In this document: positions 1-10,701 of the stretch, piece after piece
Layout of the letters: each line of letters opens with the position of its first letter
Numbering within the stretch: position 1 is the stretch's first letter
DNA from: Vicinamibacteria bacterium
GTDB lineage: Bacteria > Acidobacteriota > Vicinamibacteria > Marinacidobacterales > Marinacidobacteraceae
Length of the DNA: 64,000 bases
Direction of reading: 5' to 3'
NCBI GenBank assembly: GCA_963668695.2
Contig: CAXXLQ010000004.1
Location: 3,296,001 to 3,360,000 of the forward strand
Program-made: the position numbers and the translations under genes
The notes under the pieces: generated by a model
Database searches by the model: none
The model's input: the letters and a program-made list of their open reading frames with translations, nothing else
What the model was told of the DNA's origin: nothing

Positions 1-1068
1 CGCGAGCTGCCCGAAGAGGTCGAGATCGGCCTCCATCTCTTTTGTCTCGATCTCGAGACCGGGAAAATGCTCTGGGAGCGGGAGCTCTATCGCGGGCATC
101 CGCTCGGAGGCCGCCACCGGAAGAACAGCTACGCCTCGGAAACGCCGGTGACCGACGGCGAGAACGTCTACGTGTACTTCACCCACCACGGGCTGTTCGC
201 CTTCGACATGGAGGGGAATCCGGTCTGGGAGACGCCGCTCGCTTCTCATCCCACCGTGCGCGACTTCGGCACCGGAGCTTCCCCCGCGCTTCACGCGGAA
301 CGGCTCTACGTGCTCAACGACAACGAGGAATCCGGCTTTCTCGCCGCCTTCGACAAGCGCAGCGGCAAGGAGCTCTGGCGCACGCCGCGGGAGATCGCGG
401 AGCGGAGAAAGACCGGCTGGTCCACTCCCTTCGTGTGGGACAACGAGCTTCGTAGCGAGATCGTGACCGTCGGGCCCGGCATCGTGATCAGCTACGACCT
501 CGACGGCGATCCGCTCTGGCAGATGGGGCGCACGGCGGGAAACCCGATCCAGAGCCCGTTCGCGTGGGAAGGGCGGCTCTTCGTCTCCGCGGGCTCGGGC
601 GGCCAGTACCGGCCGCTCGCCGCGATCCGCCCCGGGGGCGCGGGAGATATCACCCCGCCCGAAGGGAGCAACCACAGCGACCACGTGCTCTGGTACGACC
701 GCCTCGGCGGCGGGACCTATCTGCCAACGCCGGTCATCTACGACGGCGCCCTCTACGTCCTGTATTCGCGCGGCATCTTCGCCCGCTACGACGTGGATAC
801 CGGAGAGCGCATCTACCGGTCCCGCATCGCGGAGGGGGCGGCGGCGTTCACCACCTCCCCCTGGGCCTACGGCGGATACATCTTCGCGATGGGAGAAGAG
901 GGCGACACCTTCGTCATCGAAGCGGGCGACGAGTACCGGCTGGTTCGAGTGAACGATCTCGAGGATTGGACGCTGGCGTCCCCGGCCATCGTTGGGGATC
1001 GCTTGCTGATCCGCACCCAGACCCGCCTTTACTCGATCCGCCAGGGCGAAGCGGCGGTAGATCCCTGA
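1..1068 (+). CDS. PQQ-like beta-propeller repeat protein (BamB-like), 5' partial
   Basis: Frame open from base 1; repeated W-x-x / A-x-D-x-x-(S/T)-G-x-x-x-W blades, YASETP, GTGASP, WSTP, PTPVIYDG motifs. Confidence 0.85.
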   Translation, partial: RELPEEVEIGLHLFCLDLETGKMLWERELYRGHPLGGRHRKNSYASETPVTDGENVYVYFTHHGLFAFDMEGNPVWETPLASHPTVRDFGTGASPALHAERLYVLNDNEESGFLAAFDKRSGKELWRTPREIAERRKTGWSTPFVWDNELRSEIVTVGPGIVISYDLDGDPLWQMGRTAGNPIQSPFAWEGRLFVSAGSGGQYRPLAAIRPGGAGDITPPEGSNHSDHVLWYDRLGGGTYLPTPVIYDGALYVLYSRGIFARYDVDTGERIYRSRIAEGAAAFTTSPWAYGGYIFAMGEEGDTFVIEAGDEYRLVRVNDLEDWTLASPAIVGDRLLIRTQTRLYSIRQGEAAVDP

Positions 1069-1107
1069 CGCGATCCCTGACGCGATCCCTGACGCGATCC
1101 CTGACGC
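1060..1107. repeat. 12-bp tandem repeat GATCCCTGACGC x4 overlapping the stop codon
   Basis: Read directly. Confidence 0.95.
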
Positions 1108-1126
1108 GGCCGGGGCTTCGTCCTTA

Positions 1127-1538
1127 ACAGCCGGTGGTGAAACCCGCGTGAGCGCCGAGGCCGGCCAGTTCTCCCGGTGGGGGCGAGGCCCAGTTCTCCC
1201 GGTGGGGCCAGTCCTCCCGGTGGGGGCCCGGCTGACAAGGCGCGTGAGGGAGGAGCCCCCACCGGGAGAACTGGCCCAGGTGTATTCCGACCGAAACGCA
1301 ACGATGAGCGGCGCGCAGCGACGCGGTTCAGCCGGGATGGATCGCCGGCCGAGCCCCCACCGGGAGAACTGGGCCGCGTGGGTTTCATCACCGGTTGTGG
1401 CCGGGATGGATCGCCGGCCGAGCCCCCACCGGGAGAACTGGGCCGCGCGGGTTTCATCACCGGCTGTTTGGCCGGGATGGATCGCCGGCCGAGCCCCCAC
1501 CGGGAGAACTGGGCCGCGTGGGTTTTGCCACCGGCTGT
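1127..1538 (+). mobile_element. Family A MITE-like element, expanded (7 short modules, triplicated right end)
   Basis: TA|ACAGCCGGTGGTGAAACCC...GGGTTTTGCCACCGGCTGT terminal inverted repeat; core shared with 14 other loci. Confidence 0.85.
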
Positions 1539-1621
1539 CAACGCTCGCGGTGTTCCGCCGCGACGCATCCGCTGTTCCGGGTCGTGGACGGCTCAGTCGA
1601 TTGGCGTCGATTAGCAGATGG

Positions 1622-1670
1622 CCGGCCTCATAAGCCGGAGGTCGCGGGTTCGAGTCCCGTCCCCGCCACC
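1622..1670 (+). tRNA. tRNA-Met(CAT) 3' half only (fragment/pseudogene, possible att scar)
   Basis: Anticodon arm CCGGC-CTCATAA-GCCGG, T arm GCGGG-TTCGAGT-CCCGT, acceptor strand CCCCGCC-A-CC; no matching 5' acceptor strand upstream. Confidence 0.7.
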
Positions 1671-1900
1671 CGCCCGTGGCACTGGTGGCAGAACATCCCG
1701 CGAGCGGCGCCTTCCCGACACGCTACCCGACTCCCGGTCGTCGATCCTGCGCCCGACCCCAACAATCCGGTGAGAATCCGGTGAGGCGCGTGGTGCGTCC
1801 CAACCATCCCCACCAACCCAAGAAACCGACCAAATCCCCGGGAAGAACCCGGGATCAGCGTCGATCCGGGAGCTGAGACCGGTCCCGAATCAGCCCCGAA

Positions 1901-2200
1901 TCAGCCCTGCTCCGCCCGCCCGGCCTCCTGGGCGAACCACATCGCCGCCTTCTTGAGAATGTCGCGTTCCTCCCGGAGGCGGCGAATTTCCTGTTTCGCC
2001 TCCCGAAGCTCACGGCGCTCGCCCTCGCTCCAGTCTTCGGACGCCCCGTTATCGGTTTCGGAAGCCGTCACCCAGTTCCGGATTGCCTGGGCGCTCGGCT
2101 CGAACTCGCGCGACAGCTCTTCCGGCGTCCGACCCGCCCGTACGAAATCGATCATCTGACGCCGAAACTCTTCCGTATAGCGGCGGGGCCTCTTGGTCAT
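1901..2200 (-). CDS. IS3-family OrfA-like HTH protein (no downstream OrfB)
   Basis: MTKRPRRYTEEFRRQMI...LSREFEPSAQAIRNWV...EIRRLREERDILKKAAMWFAQE is a typical IS3 OrfA; GGAG RBS. Confidence 0.85.
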   Translation of the reverse strand: MTKRPRRYTEEFRRQMIDFVRAGRTPEELSREFEPSAQAIRNWVTASETDNGASEDWSEGERRELREAKQEIRRLREERDILKKAAMWFAQEAGRAEQG

Positions 2201-3111
2201 TCTTGCTGCTCTCCTGGATCCGACGCCGCGACGCCGGGGTTTTCGGACGGAAACGAAGTTGCCGTTGCTGATCTCGACCCGGATTTCCGGATCAATTGGA
2301 GTCGCCTGTCCTCTCGCGCTTCCCAGCCGGACGCTCCGGCGCTGGCGCCACCACCCGCCGCCGCCAAGCGGGACGCGCCTCCCAACCCCATGATGATGCT
2401 GGGTGTCCACGACACAACCGGATCGGCAGCCAGATATGGTGCGAGACGGGACTTCATCTTCGTTGGGACATCTTACCCCGTTTTTGTAGCCAGTGAATTT
2501 TCTTGGGCGCCCCGATTTGCCAAACCCACCCACAATGAGCGGCGCGGGTTCGCACCGGGACCAAGGCGGGATACCCCGACTCTCCAGCGCGTCGGCCGTG
2601 GTCCGCGCTGCGGGCGCTCGATCAGCCCGACCGCTTTGGGGTTCCGGGTTTTTTCGCTACGGCCCGCGCTCGAACGCGCGACTCCTCGCGGGAGCGTCCC
2701 TCATCCGGACGGCGACGGCAGAGCTTCCGAAACCGGCCCGTCTCCTCAAACTTCCGGACCGGCGCGCGCCTTTCTTCCGCTTCGCGCCGCAAGTGTGCCG
2801 CACGCGCAGTCCCCCGTTCGCATCCAGAGGGGTCCGGGGCCCGCCGCAACCGCATTCCGGATCCCGACGTGATTTTCTTCGCACATTGGTTCGGGATCGT
2901 GTCATTTATGTAACGGACTTGTGTACACTTTTTGGGCATTCGCGCGACCGCTCTGGTGTCACTTTAGTGATTTGGGGATGGGGTAACTGGAAGCCCGCGC
3001 CGGGACCGTGCCTGAGAAGAAAACGGAAATGCCGCCCGACGGACCTTCGGCCGATCCGCGATCTTCGGCGCGACGGCGGAACCGGGGACCGAAACGCCTT
3101 CCGGGTGCCTG

Positions 3112-3645
3112 ATGGGAGACGCGCTGACTCTGGTGGGAGGCCAAAACGGCGGCGGCACGAGCCGCCTGCACGGTGCTTCCGGGGGTCTCCCGCGACCGGA
3201 GCCGGCAGAAGCATCCGGCGAGGGAAGCGTCTCGACCCCGAGCGAGGTGGCCTCCTCCCTTCCGAGTCCCGACAGCCCCCTCTGCAGCGTCGATCACGAC
3301 GTCATCTATCGGTTCATCGACGCGTACAAGTCCGAGCATCGAATCGCCACGATGGCGCGGATTCTCGGCGTCTCGCGGAGCGGCTTTTACGCTTGGAAGA
3401 CCCGACCGCTGAGCTGCCGGGCCCGGACGGACGAGGTACTCAAGAAGGAAATCCGCAGTGTGCATGCCTGTCACCACGGCACCTACGGCGCTCCCCGAAT
3501 CCACGGCGAGCTGCAACGCCAAGGCTGGAAGGTCAGTCGAAAGCGCGTTGCCCGGCTGATGCGAGAACTCGGCATCGACGGTCTGCCGGGCGGACCACGC
3601 CGGAGCAGAAAGAGGCTGACCCGCGTCGGTTCCCGCGTCGGTTAA
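3112..3645 (+). pseudogene. IS3-family OrfB N-terminal (HTH-like) fragment lacking the DDE domain
   Basis: YRFID...MARILGVSRSGFYAW...TYGAPRIHGELQRQGWKVSRKRVARLMRELGI; ends at a TAA formed by a MITE end. Confidence 0.8.
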
Positions 3646-3861
3646 CAGCCTGTGGTGGAACCCGGGTGAGCGCCGAGAGCGGCCAGTTCTCCCGGTGGGG
3701 GCGAGGCGCCCGCCTGACAAGGCGCGTGAGGGAGGAATACCTGGTGTATTTCGACCGAAACGCAACGCAGAGCGCCGCAAGCGCCAGTTCTCCCGGTGGG
3801 GGGGCGGTTCAGGCGGGATGGATCGCCGCTCGAACGCCGCGTGGGCTTCACCACCGGCTGT
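3645..3861 (+). mobile_element. Family A MITE-like element with modules in two slots
   Basis: TA|ACAGCCTGTGGTGGAACCC...CACCACCGGCTGT|TA. Confidence 0.9.
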
Positions 3862-4033
3862 TAAGGCACGCGCCCGCGTGCCCCTGCCCGCCGCAGCCGC
3901 AGACAGAAGGCGAGCAGCCGAAGCAACTCCGCCGACGGGACCGCACACCCCCGCATCCGGATCGGGGCACCCGGGGCGCCCCCGCAAACCGCCCGGGCCG
4001 GTTTGGAGATGCTCCGCGGCTCGCTGCCGCGGT

Positions 4034-6625
4034 TCAGGCGGGGCGCAGTTGCCGGCCGATTCGGGTCCACAGCCAGGGGACGCGCCGAACCGACAGGTCG
4101 AGGAGATAGGCGATCAAGCCCAGCAGCGCGAGGATCGGCCAGAGGGCGCGCGACCGCACCACCCGATCCCCATTCGCCGAAAGTACCTGCGCCGGAGTGG
4201 GACCGACGACGCCGCCCGTCTCCGCGGCCAGCGCCCTGAGGGCGGCGTCGTCCGCCGGCAGGAAGCGGTACTCGTCGGGATAGCTCAGGTGGATGGCCCG
4301 CTCCAGGTCGGCTCCGGCGGCGAGATCGGCCGGAAGGGAATCGCCGACGATGCGGAAGCGCGCCGTATCGCCGGGACTGAGATCGAGAGGCACCTCGGTC
4401 TCGAACCGCCCGGGGCCGGTCTGCCGGATGATGGTGCGGCCCACAAGTCCGCCATACGAAATCTCGAGTTCGGGAACCACGTCTTCGGGATAACTCCCGT
4501 CCTCGCGGATCAGCGACAGGCTCACGACGCCGGCGTTCCCGCGGCGCGACACCTCGAAGTCCAGGTCGGCCCCCTCCCCCCGGCGCATCGCGTCCCGAAC
4601 CACCTGGGCCCAGAACTTGCCGTAGCCGTCCCATTCCACCCAGTTGGCAGCCCAGCGATTCTTGCAGTCGGAAGTGAACATCGAGGCCCGGCCAAGCCCG
4701 TACTGCCAGCGGGCGAGCAGCGGCTCTTCATCGGGGCCTTCAAGAAGCACCTCGGCGGTGTCCTTGGCCATGGTCGCCACGAAGCCCTTCAGTTCGGGCG
4801 CAGTCTCGAAGTCCAGACCCTCGAGGACGCGGGCCATCTGCCGGACCACCGGGCGGAAGGGCTCCTCGACCAGCGTCGCGTCGAGAGCGATCTGGGTCTC
4901 TTCGACGAAGATCTGCTGGACCCGCGCTGCGTCCCGGATGAAGTAGCTGCGTCCGTCGCCCCACTCCGCGATGTCCGAGAGCAGTTCCCGGTCGGCCTCT
5001 TCCCCCACCGCGACCGTGGAGATGGTGATCTCGTCCTCCTTCATTCGGGTCGCCAGTTCCTCGTAGTCGTCGGGATAGGTCTTGCCGTCGGAGAGCAGGA
5101 TCACGTGCTTGACCTTGGAGGGGCTCTCCGTGAGCTGCTCGTAGGCGCGATCGAGCGCGGGGTAGATGTTCGTCTGGGCGCTCGCCTGAATCCGGCTGAT
5201 GCCCTCCTTGATCCACTCGCGGTCGGCCACGAGCTGGAGCGGGATCGTGGTGTAGGGATTCCAGTCGAAGGTCACGACGCCGAAGCGGTGGGTGTCTTCG
5301 AGCAGATCGAGCGCCGCCTTGGTGGCTTCCTTGGCCAGCGCGATCTTCCGCCCGTACATGCTGTAGGACTTGTCGAGCACGATCACCAGCGACAGGTCCT
5401 TCCACTTTTCCTCGATCTGGAAGTCCACCGGCAACGCCTCTTCGAGCACCGATTCCGAATACCCGTCCTCCCCGTAGCTCGACTCGCCGGCGGCGAAGAC
5501 GAGTCCCCCGCCCTCGTCGCGGACGTAGCTGGCGAGCTGCCGCATCACCGGCTCGGGAAGACGGTCGGGCGCCACGTCGCTCAACACGACTACGTCCCAG
5601 GTGTTCAGATCGAGGCGGGGAAGCGCCGACGCCGGCGCCGTGTTCACCGTGACGCCCTGCGATTCCAAGGCGTCCCGGAGGTAGCGGGCGCTCTCCGGTT
5701 GTCCCTCGATATAGAGCACGTTCGCCTCGTCTCCGACCGGCACTTCCACGGCGCGGCGGTTGTTGACCTCAAGCCGGTCCCCGGCCACCTGGATCTCGGC
5801 TTCGAGGACCGTCATCCCCGATTCTTCGATCCGCACCGGAACCGGGACCGTCGAGGCGCCGCGTGGAAGCTCGACCTCGATGGCCGCGAGCGTCTCGCCG
5901 TCGGCCAGGATCCGGATCTCCGCCGGCCCTCCGGCAGCGGAGAACACCTCCACCTCAACCCCCGTCATCTCTCCGGCCCGGACGGCGGGCGGCAGGTGGA
6001 TCGCATTCACGAAACCGCCGCCGTCGCTTCTCACTCCGGACGGCGCGGGGAAGACCCGCACCCCAGCTTCCTTGAGGAACGCCATCGCCGCAGCGGTATC
6101 GCCCTCGGTCTCGCGTCCGTCGCTGAACAGCACCACCCGCTTGAGCCGGTCCGGGGGCAGGCGGGCTGCCGCGTGGCGGAGGGCTGCTTCGATGTTGGTC
6201 CGGCCCTGATCCAAGGCTCCCGGCGGGGGGCGCCCCGCGGCGGCCCCGCTGTCAAAGACCTGAACTTCGAGCAGGGCGTCCGCACTCGGCACCGACACCG
6301 CACGATCCGCGAAGGCCACGAAGTGCGCATCCTCGCTGGCGAGCGCCCGGCTCGCCTCCCGGGCCCAGGCGACCGCCTCCTGCATCGACCCCGACGCCAC
6401 GCTGCGGGACAGATCCACCACGAACGCCACCGCGACGTCCCGCGAACCGGCGCGCACCACCGGACGGCAGAGCGCGAGCAGCAGAAACGCTGCCGCGAGC
6501 AGGCGAAGGACGAGCGAAGCGCGCAGCCTGAGCTTCGGCCAGCGGAGGTTCGACCGCAACGCCACCACCACCATCACGCCGAGGAGCGGCAGCAACAGGA
6601 GCGGCCAGAGGGCTTCAAAAATCAT
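4034..6625 (-). CDS. Membrane-anchored double-VWA domain protein with GATase-like (DUF1355-type) central domain
   Basis: N-terminal TMs, MIDAS motifs DLSRSV and DKSYSM, LLSDG, VLYIEG, C-terminal TM (LWPILALL). Confidence 0.85.
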   Translation of the reverse strand: MIFEALWPLLLLPLLGVMVVVALRSNLRWPKLRLRASLVLRLLAAAFLLLALCRPVVRAGSRDVAVAFVVDLSRSVASGSMQEAVAWAREASRALASEDAHFVAFADRAVSVPSADALLEVQVFDSGAAAGRPPPGALDQGRTNIEAALRHAAARLPPDRLKRVVLFSDGRETEGDTAAAMAFLKEAGVRVFPAPSGVRSDGGGFVNAIHLPPAVRAGEMTGVEVEVFSAAGGPAEIRILADGETLAAIEVELPRGASTVPVPVRIEESGMTVLEAEIQVAGDRLEVNNRRAVEVPVGDEANVLYIEGQPESARYLRDALESQGVTVNTAPASALPRLDLNTWDVVVLSDVAPDRLPEPVMRQLASYVRDEGGGLVFAAGESSYGEDGYSESVLEEALPVDFQIEEKWKDLSLVIVLDKSYSMYGRKIALAKEATKAALDLLEDTHRFGVVTFDWNPYTTIPLQLVADREWIKEGISRIQASAQTNIYPALDRAYEQLTESPSKVKHVILLSDGKTYPDDYEELATRMKEDEITISTVAVGEEADRELLSDIAEWGDGRSYFIRDAARVQQIFVEETQIALDATLVEEPFRPVVRQMARVLEGLDFETAPELKGFVATMAKDTAEVLLEGPDEEPLLARWQYGLGRASMFTSDCKNRWAANWVEWDGYGKFWAQVVRDAMRRGEGADLDFEVSRRGNAGVVSLSLIREDGSYPEDVVPELEISYGGLVGRTIIRQTGPGRFETEVPLDLSPGDTARFRIVGDSLPADLAAGADLERAIHLSYPDEYRFLPADDAALRALAAETGGVVGPTPAQVLSANGDRVVRSRALWPILALLGLIAYLLDLSVRRVPWLWTRIGRQLRPA

Positions 6626-6863
6626 GAATTGCAGGCGCGGAATGCGGAATTCTATGCGCGCGGGCCGAACGAGCGCTTCCCCCTGCATCCCAAGCGGCCG
6701 CAACCGACTCCCAGCCGGACACCCGCGGCCCGGCATGACGCCGGGAGCCCGAATGGACTACGGTTGCTTTCCCGTGCCATTTCTTCAAGTCTGTGAGCGC
6801 TTGCGACTAATTTCGGCGACCCGGCCCGCCCCACGCCCGCCCGCCAATTCAAGGAGTCCCGCC

Positions 6864-8961
6864 ATGCCTCGTTCGTCCATCACCCTCCGCCGGCTTCGCC
6901 GCGCTGCCCTCGGGGCCGCCGCGCTTTCCGGCCTCGCCATCGGCGCGGCTTCCGCCCGGCAGGGGACAAGCCGCCTCCATCGTCATCGAACCCGCGTCCC
7001 TGAATCTTGAGGTGGGGGAGACGGCGCAGGTAACCGCCACCGTGATGGACGCCGCCGGCAACCCGGTTCCGGATGCGCAGGTCGTCTTTTTCTCGGGAAA
7101 CCGGCTCGCGCTCACCGTGACCCCGGGGGGGCACGTCTCGGCGAATCGTCCCGGCGAGCACCAGGTCACCGCGCTGCTCCCGGATCAGGCGTTCGACGGC
7201 AACTGGGACTACTACAGCTCGCGCGATCCGGGGCTCCGCGCCTCCATCCGGGTGAGCGTGGCGGTTCCCGGGTTGGCCGGCATCTTCTTTGAAGACGCGC
7301 CGCCGCGCGTGTGGGAGGGCACCGGCGTGCGGTTCCGGCTCGCGGGTCGCGACGCGGCGGGGGAGGTTCGTCGCGGAATCGAGGCGGGCTACGCCACGAG
7401 CGACGCCAGCGTCGCCGTGGTGGACGAACTCGGGATGGTGTCCTTCCTGACCACGGGGTCGGTCCAGGTCGCCGCCATGCATGGTGAAATGACGATCTAC
7501 CACGAGGTCCAGGTCCTGCCCAACCCGACCGCCCGGGTGGTCCTGGAAGCTCCGGACCGAACCGAGGTGCGTACCGGGGACGTGATCGCCTTCCGCGCCG
7601 AGGCGCAGGACACAAGCGGGGCGGCGCTCCCCGACCTGCCGATCCGCTTCGCACTGGAGGCGCGTCCGGACGCCCACCGGCCCGAATCGCTCGGCGCCGG
7701 CGCGTCGGCGCAGATCACCGCGGACGGCCGCTTCGTGGCCGAACAGCCCGGCGTGTACACGGTGATCGCCATGAGCGGCGACCGGGTGGCGCGGCAGACG
7801 GTCCGGACCGTCCCCCGCAACGTGCAGCAGGACATCGAGTTCCTGGGCCACGCCCGCGTCTCCGACCGGGTGACCGGGGACCTCTGGGTCTGGGAGGGCG
7901 TGGACGGGCGCGACTACGCGGTCCACGGCACCTGGAACGCCGAGGGGCACGCCTACTTCTACGACGTGACCGATCCCCGGAACATGGAGCTCATCGACAC
8001 CGTGCAGGTGGACGCCCGCACCGTCAACGACGTGAAGGTGTCCGAGGACGGAACGCTTTGCGTCATCAGCCGGGAGGGCGCCTCGAACCGCCGGAACGGG
8101 ATCGTGATGCTCGATTGCACGAACCCGCGCGAGGTCGAGATCCTGAGTTCCTTCGACCAGGGCCTCACCGGCGGCGTCCACAACGTGTTCCTCGACCAGA
8201 ACCATGTCTATGCCGTGAACAACGGCCGCCGCTGGGACGTGGTGAACGTCGAGGATCCCCGCAATCCCTTCCGCGTCTCGCGCTTCGAGACCCAGAGTCC
8301 CGGCCGGTCGGTGCACGACGTCTGGATCCGTGACGGCATCGCCTACCAGGCGGGGCGAACCGACGGTCTGATCATGGTGGACGTAGGGGGAGGCGGCCTC
8401 GGCGGCAGCCCCAACACGCCGGTCGAGATGGGGCGCTTCTCCCAGATCACCGGCTGGAACCACGCGGTGTGGCCCTTCCGCAGCCCCTCGACCGGGAAGC
8501 TCTACGTCATCGGCGGCGACGAGGCGTTCTACCTGAACCCGCGCCGTCCGGAAGCGGGGGGCATCCTCTGGGAAGAGGAGATTCCGTCGCGCGCCAAGGG
8601 CTGGCTGCACTTCGTGGACTTCACCGACCCAAGCAACCCCGAGGAGGTCGCGCGCTTCGAGCTCGCCGACTCCGGTCCGCATAACCTCTGGATCGACTGG
8701 GAGGAGGAGATCATGTACGTCGGCTACTACGACGCCGGCCTCCGTGTGGTCGACGTCTCCGGCGACCTGCTCGGCGACCTCTACCGGCAGGGACGGCAGA
8801 TCGCCCGCTTCTTCCCCGAGGACAACGAGGGCTTCCTCGCCAACGCCGCCTTCACCTGGGGCCCGCAGCCGCACAAGGGGACGATCTTCCTGGCCGACTT
8901 CAACAGCGGTCTGTGGGCCGTCCGGCTGAAGGACGTGGACTCGGACGCCGGCGGTAACTGA
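6864..8961 (+). CDS. Secreted Ig-like + LVIVD repeat protein (+1 frameshift near 6950-6966)
   Basis: AAGGAG RBS and signal peptide from ATG 6864 lie in a different frame from ORF 7012-8961; DLWVWEG, RTVNDVKVS, GGVHNVF, SVHDVW, GPHNLW, YYDAGLRVVD. Confidence 0.8.
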
Positions 8962-8969
8962 GAAGCAGC

Positions 8970-9161
8970 ATGCCCATGGACGAAACCGCGCGCGGCCTCG
9001 GAGGCTTCCTCGCCCGCCGGCTCCAGACGCTCCGGTTCCTGGTCAACACTTTCCGCTTCATCTTCCTGTTTCTCACCAAGGCGCGCGAGGTCCGGCGCCG
9101 CTACGCCGAGGCCGAACGGCGCGGAGAGAAGATCTGGCTTGATCATGGTCCGTTCCGCTAA
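8970..9161 (+). CDS. Small hypothetical protein with one hydrophobic segment
   Basis: 63 aa, follows the upstream stop by 8 bp, gene-like codon usage. Confidence 0.55.
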   Translation: MPMDETARGLGGFLARRLQTLRFLVNTFRFIFLFLTKAREVRRRYAEAERRGEKIWLDHGPFR

Positions 9162-9325
9162 CAGTCTGTGGATAAAGTGACGTGTGCGCCGAGGCTGGCT
9201 AGGCGCCCGAGGGAGGAATACCTGGTGTATTTCGACCGAAGCGCAACGACGAGCGCCTCGAAGAGGCGCGGTTCAGCCGGGATGCATCGCCAGTTGAACG
9301 CCGCGTGACTTTGTTCACAGGCTGT
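9161..9325 (+). mobile_element. Family A MITE-like element, DnaA-box end subtype, module-free
   Basis: TA|ACAGTCTGTGGATAAAGT...ACTTTGTTCACAGGCTGT. Confidence 0.85.
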
Positions 9326-9357
9326 TCGAGGCTCCGAAGAGGGGGGCGCCCACTGAA

Positions 9358-10344
9358 ATGAAAGCCGCCAAGTGGAAGCTCCAGGAAGTTCCCCCCGCCA
9401 AGTACGCCTTCGGCTACCAGGTTCCCCCGCGCTCGGGGAACGAGATCAACGGCCACGGGGAACGCGCGCGGCGCCGCGCCACCCAGGTGTTCCATAACGC
9501 CGACGGGACCAAGCCGATCGCCTGGCAGGGGCTCGACGACTTCTTCATGTGCGTGAACCCGTGGCAGGTCGTCCGGCACCGGCTCATCAACAAATTCGAG
9601 CTGCGAAAGGAACGGGGACCGGTGGCCCGCCGGGTCGTGGACGAGGGTCCCGACAGGAACGCCGCGTTCGTGAAGGCCGCCGCCACGGAAGCCGGCGCGA
9701 CCCTCGTCGGAATCACCGAAGTGCAGGAGAACGACGTCTTTGAGGGCCACCGGGCGCCGCACCGCTACGCCATCTGCCTGGGTTTCCCGATGCAGCGGGA
9801 GGAGATGGCCTACGCCGCGCGCCCCCGGGGGGCCGCCGAAGTGATGCGGGCATATCGCCAGATCGCCCTCATCGCGATGAGCCTCGGGAAAACGATCCGG
9901 GGCCGGGGTTTCCCCGCCAAGGCCTACGGGGACGCGAACGCCACCGACATCCTGCACATCCCGCTTGCGGTCCGCGCCGGACTCGGCCAGCTCGGCAAAC
10001 ACGGCTCCTTGATCAGTCGCGAACACGGCTCCAACTTCCGGCTCGCCGCGGTGCTCACGGACATGCCGCTCGCGTCGGACGAACCGCGCGACATCGGGGT
10101 GGACGACGTGTGCACGCGCTGCCGCCGCTGCGTGATCGACTGTCCTCCCGACGCGATCCACGAGGAAAAGCAGTGGGTGCGGGGAGAACAGCGCTGGTAC
10201 GTAGACTTCGACAAGTGCGTCCCCTACTTCACGAAGACCTTCGGCTGCGGCATCTGCATCGAGGTCTGCCCCTGGTCGGAACCGGGACGGGGCGAGAAAC
10301 TCAGCGAGCTGATGCTGGCGAAACGGGAGCGGGCGCAGCCCTAG
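9358..10344 (+). CDS. Reductive dehalogenase/QueG-like 2x[4Fe-4S] protein
   Basis: AGATLVGIT, HIPLAVRAGLGQLGKHGSLI, RLAAVLTDMPL, CTRCRRCVIDCP and C-x9-CGICIEVCPW. Confidence 0.8.
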   Translation: MKAAKWKLQEVPPAKYAFGYQVPPRSGNEINGHGERARRRATQVFHNADGTKPIAWQGLDDFFMCVNPWQVVRHRLINKFELRKERGPVARRVVDEGPDRNAAFVKAAATEAGATLVGITEVQENDVFEGHRAPHRYAICLGFPMQREEMAYAARPRGAAEVMRAYRQIALIAMSLGKTIRGRGFPAKAYGDANATDILHIPLAVRAGLGQLGKHGSLISREHGSNFRLAAVLTDMPLASDEPRDIGVDDVCTRCRRCVIDCPPDAIHEEKQWVRGEQRWYVDFDKCVPYFTKTFGCGICIEVCPWSEPGRGEKLSELMLAKRERAQP

Positions 10345-10643
10345 CAGCCGGTGGCGAAACCCAGGTGGCGTTCGAGCGGCGATCCATCCCGGCTGAACCG
10401 CGCCGCTATGCGGCGCTCTGCGTTGCGTTTCGGTCGAAATACACCAGGTATTCCTCCCTCACGCGCCTTGTCAGCCAGGCGCCTCGCCGCTCTCGGCGCT
10501 CGCCCGGGTTCCACCACCGGTTGCTAGCAGCCGGTGGCGAAACCCACGCGGCCCGGTTCTCCCGGTGGGGGCTCGGCCGGCAATCCATCCAGGCTGAACC
10601 GCGTCGCTTCGCGGCGCTCGTCGTTTCGTTTCGGTCGATACCT
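10344..10643 (-). mobile_element. Family A: complete module-free copy (10344-10524) plus truncated tandem copy (10527-~10643) sharing a TA
   Basis: TA|GCAGCCGGTGG...CCACCGGTTGC|TA|GCAGCCGGTGG. Confidence 0.9.
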
Positions 10644-10701
10644 GGGGGCTGTTTTTCCGGACGGTGCGGCCCCATCCATCCACTCCCGAGGAGAAGGAAC
10701 C

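Noticed and set aside
1029-1633. ORFs such as MSAEAGQFSRWGRG.../MKPARPSSPGGG... here and at other MITE loci
   Set aside because: They are translations of the repeat in all frames, with no consistent frame or start.
1901-3645. Intact active IS3 element
   Set aside because: ORFs are divergent, the DDE domain is absent and no clear terminal repeats were seen.
3695-6796. 1033-aa plus-strand ORF (also 6880-8874, 36610-38655 and similar)
   Set aside because: Antisense shadows of well-supported genes in high-GC DNA.
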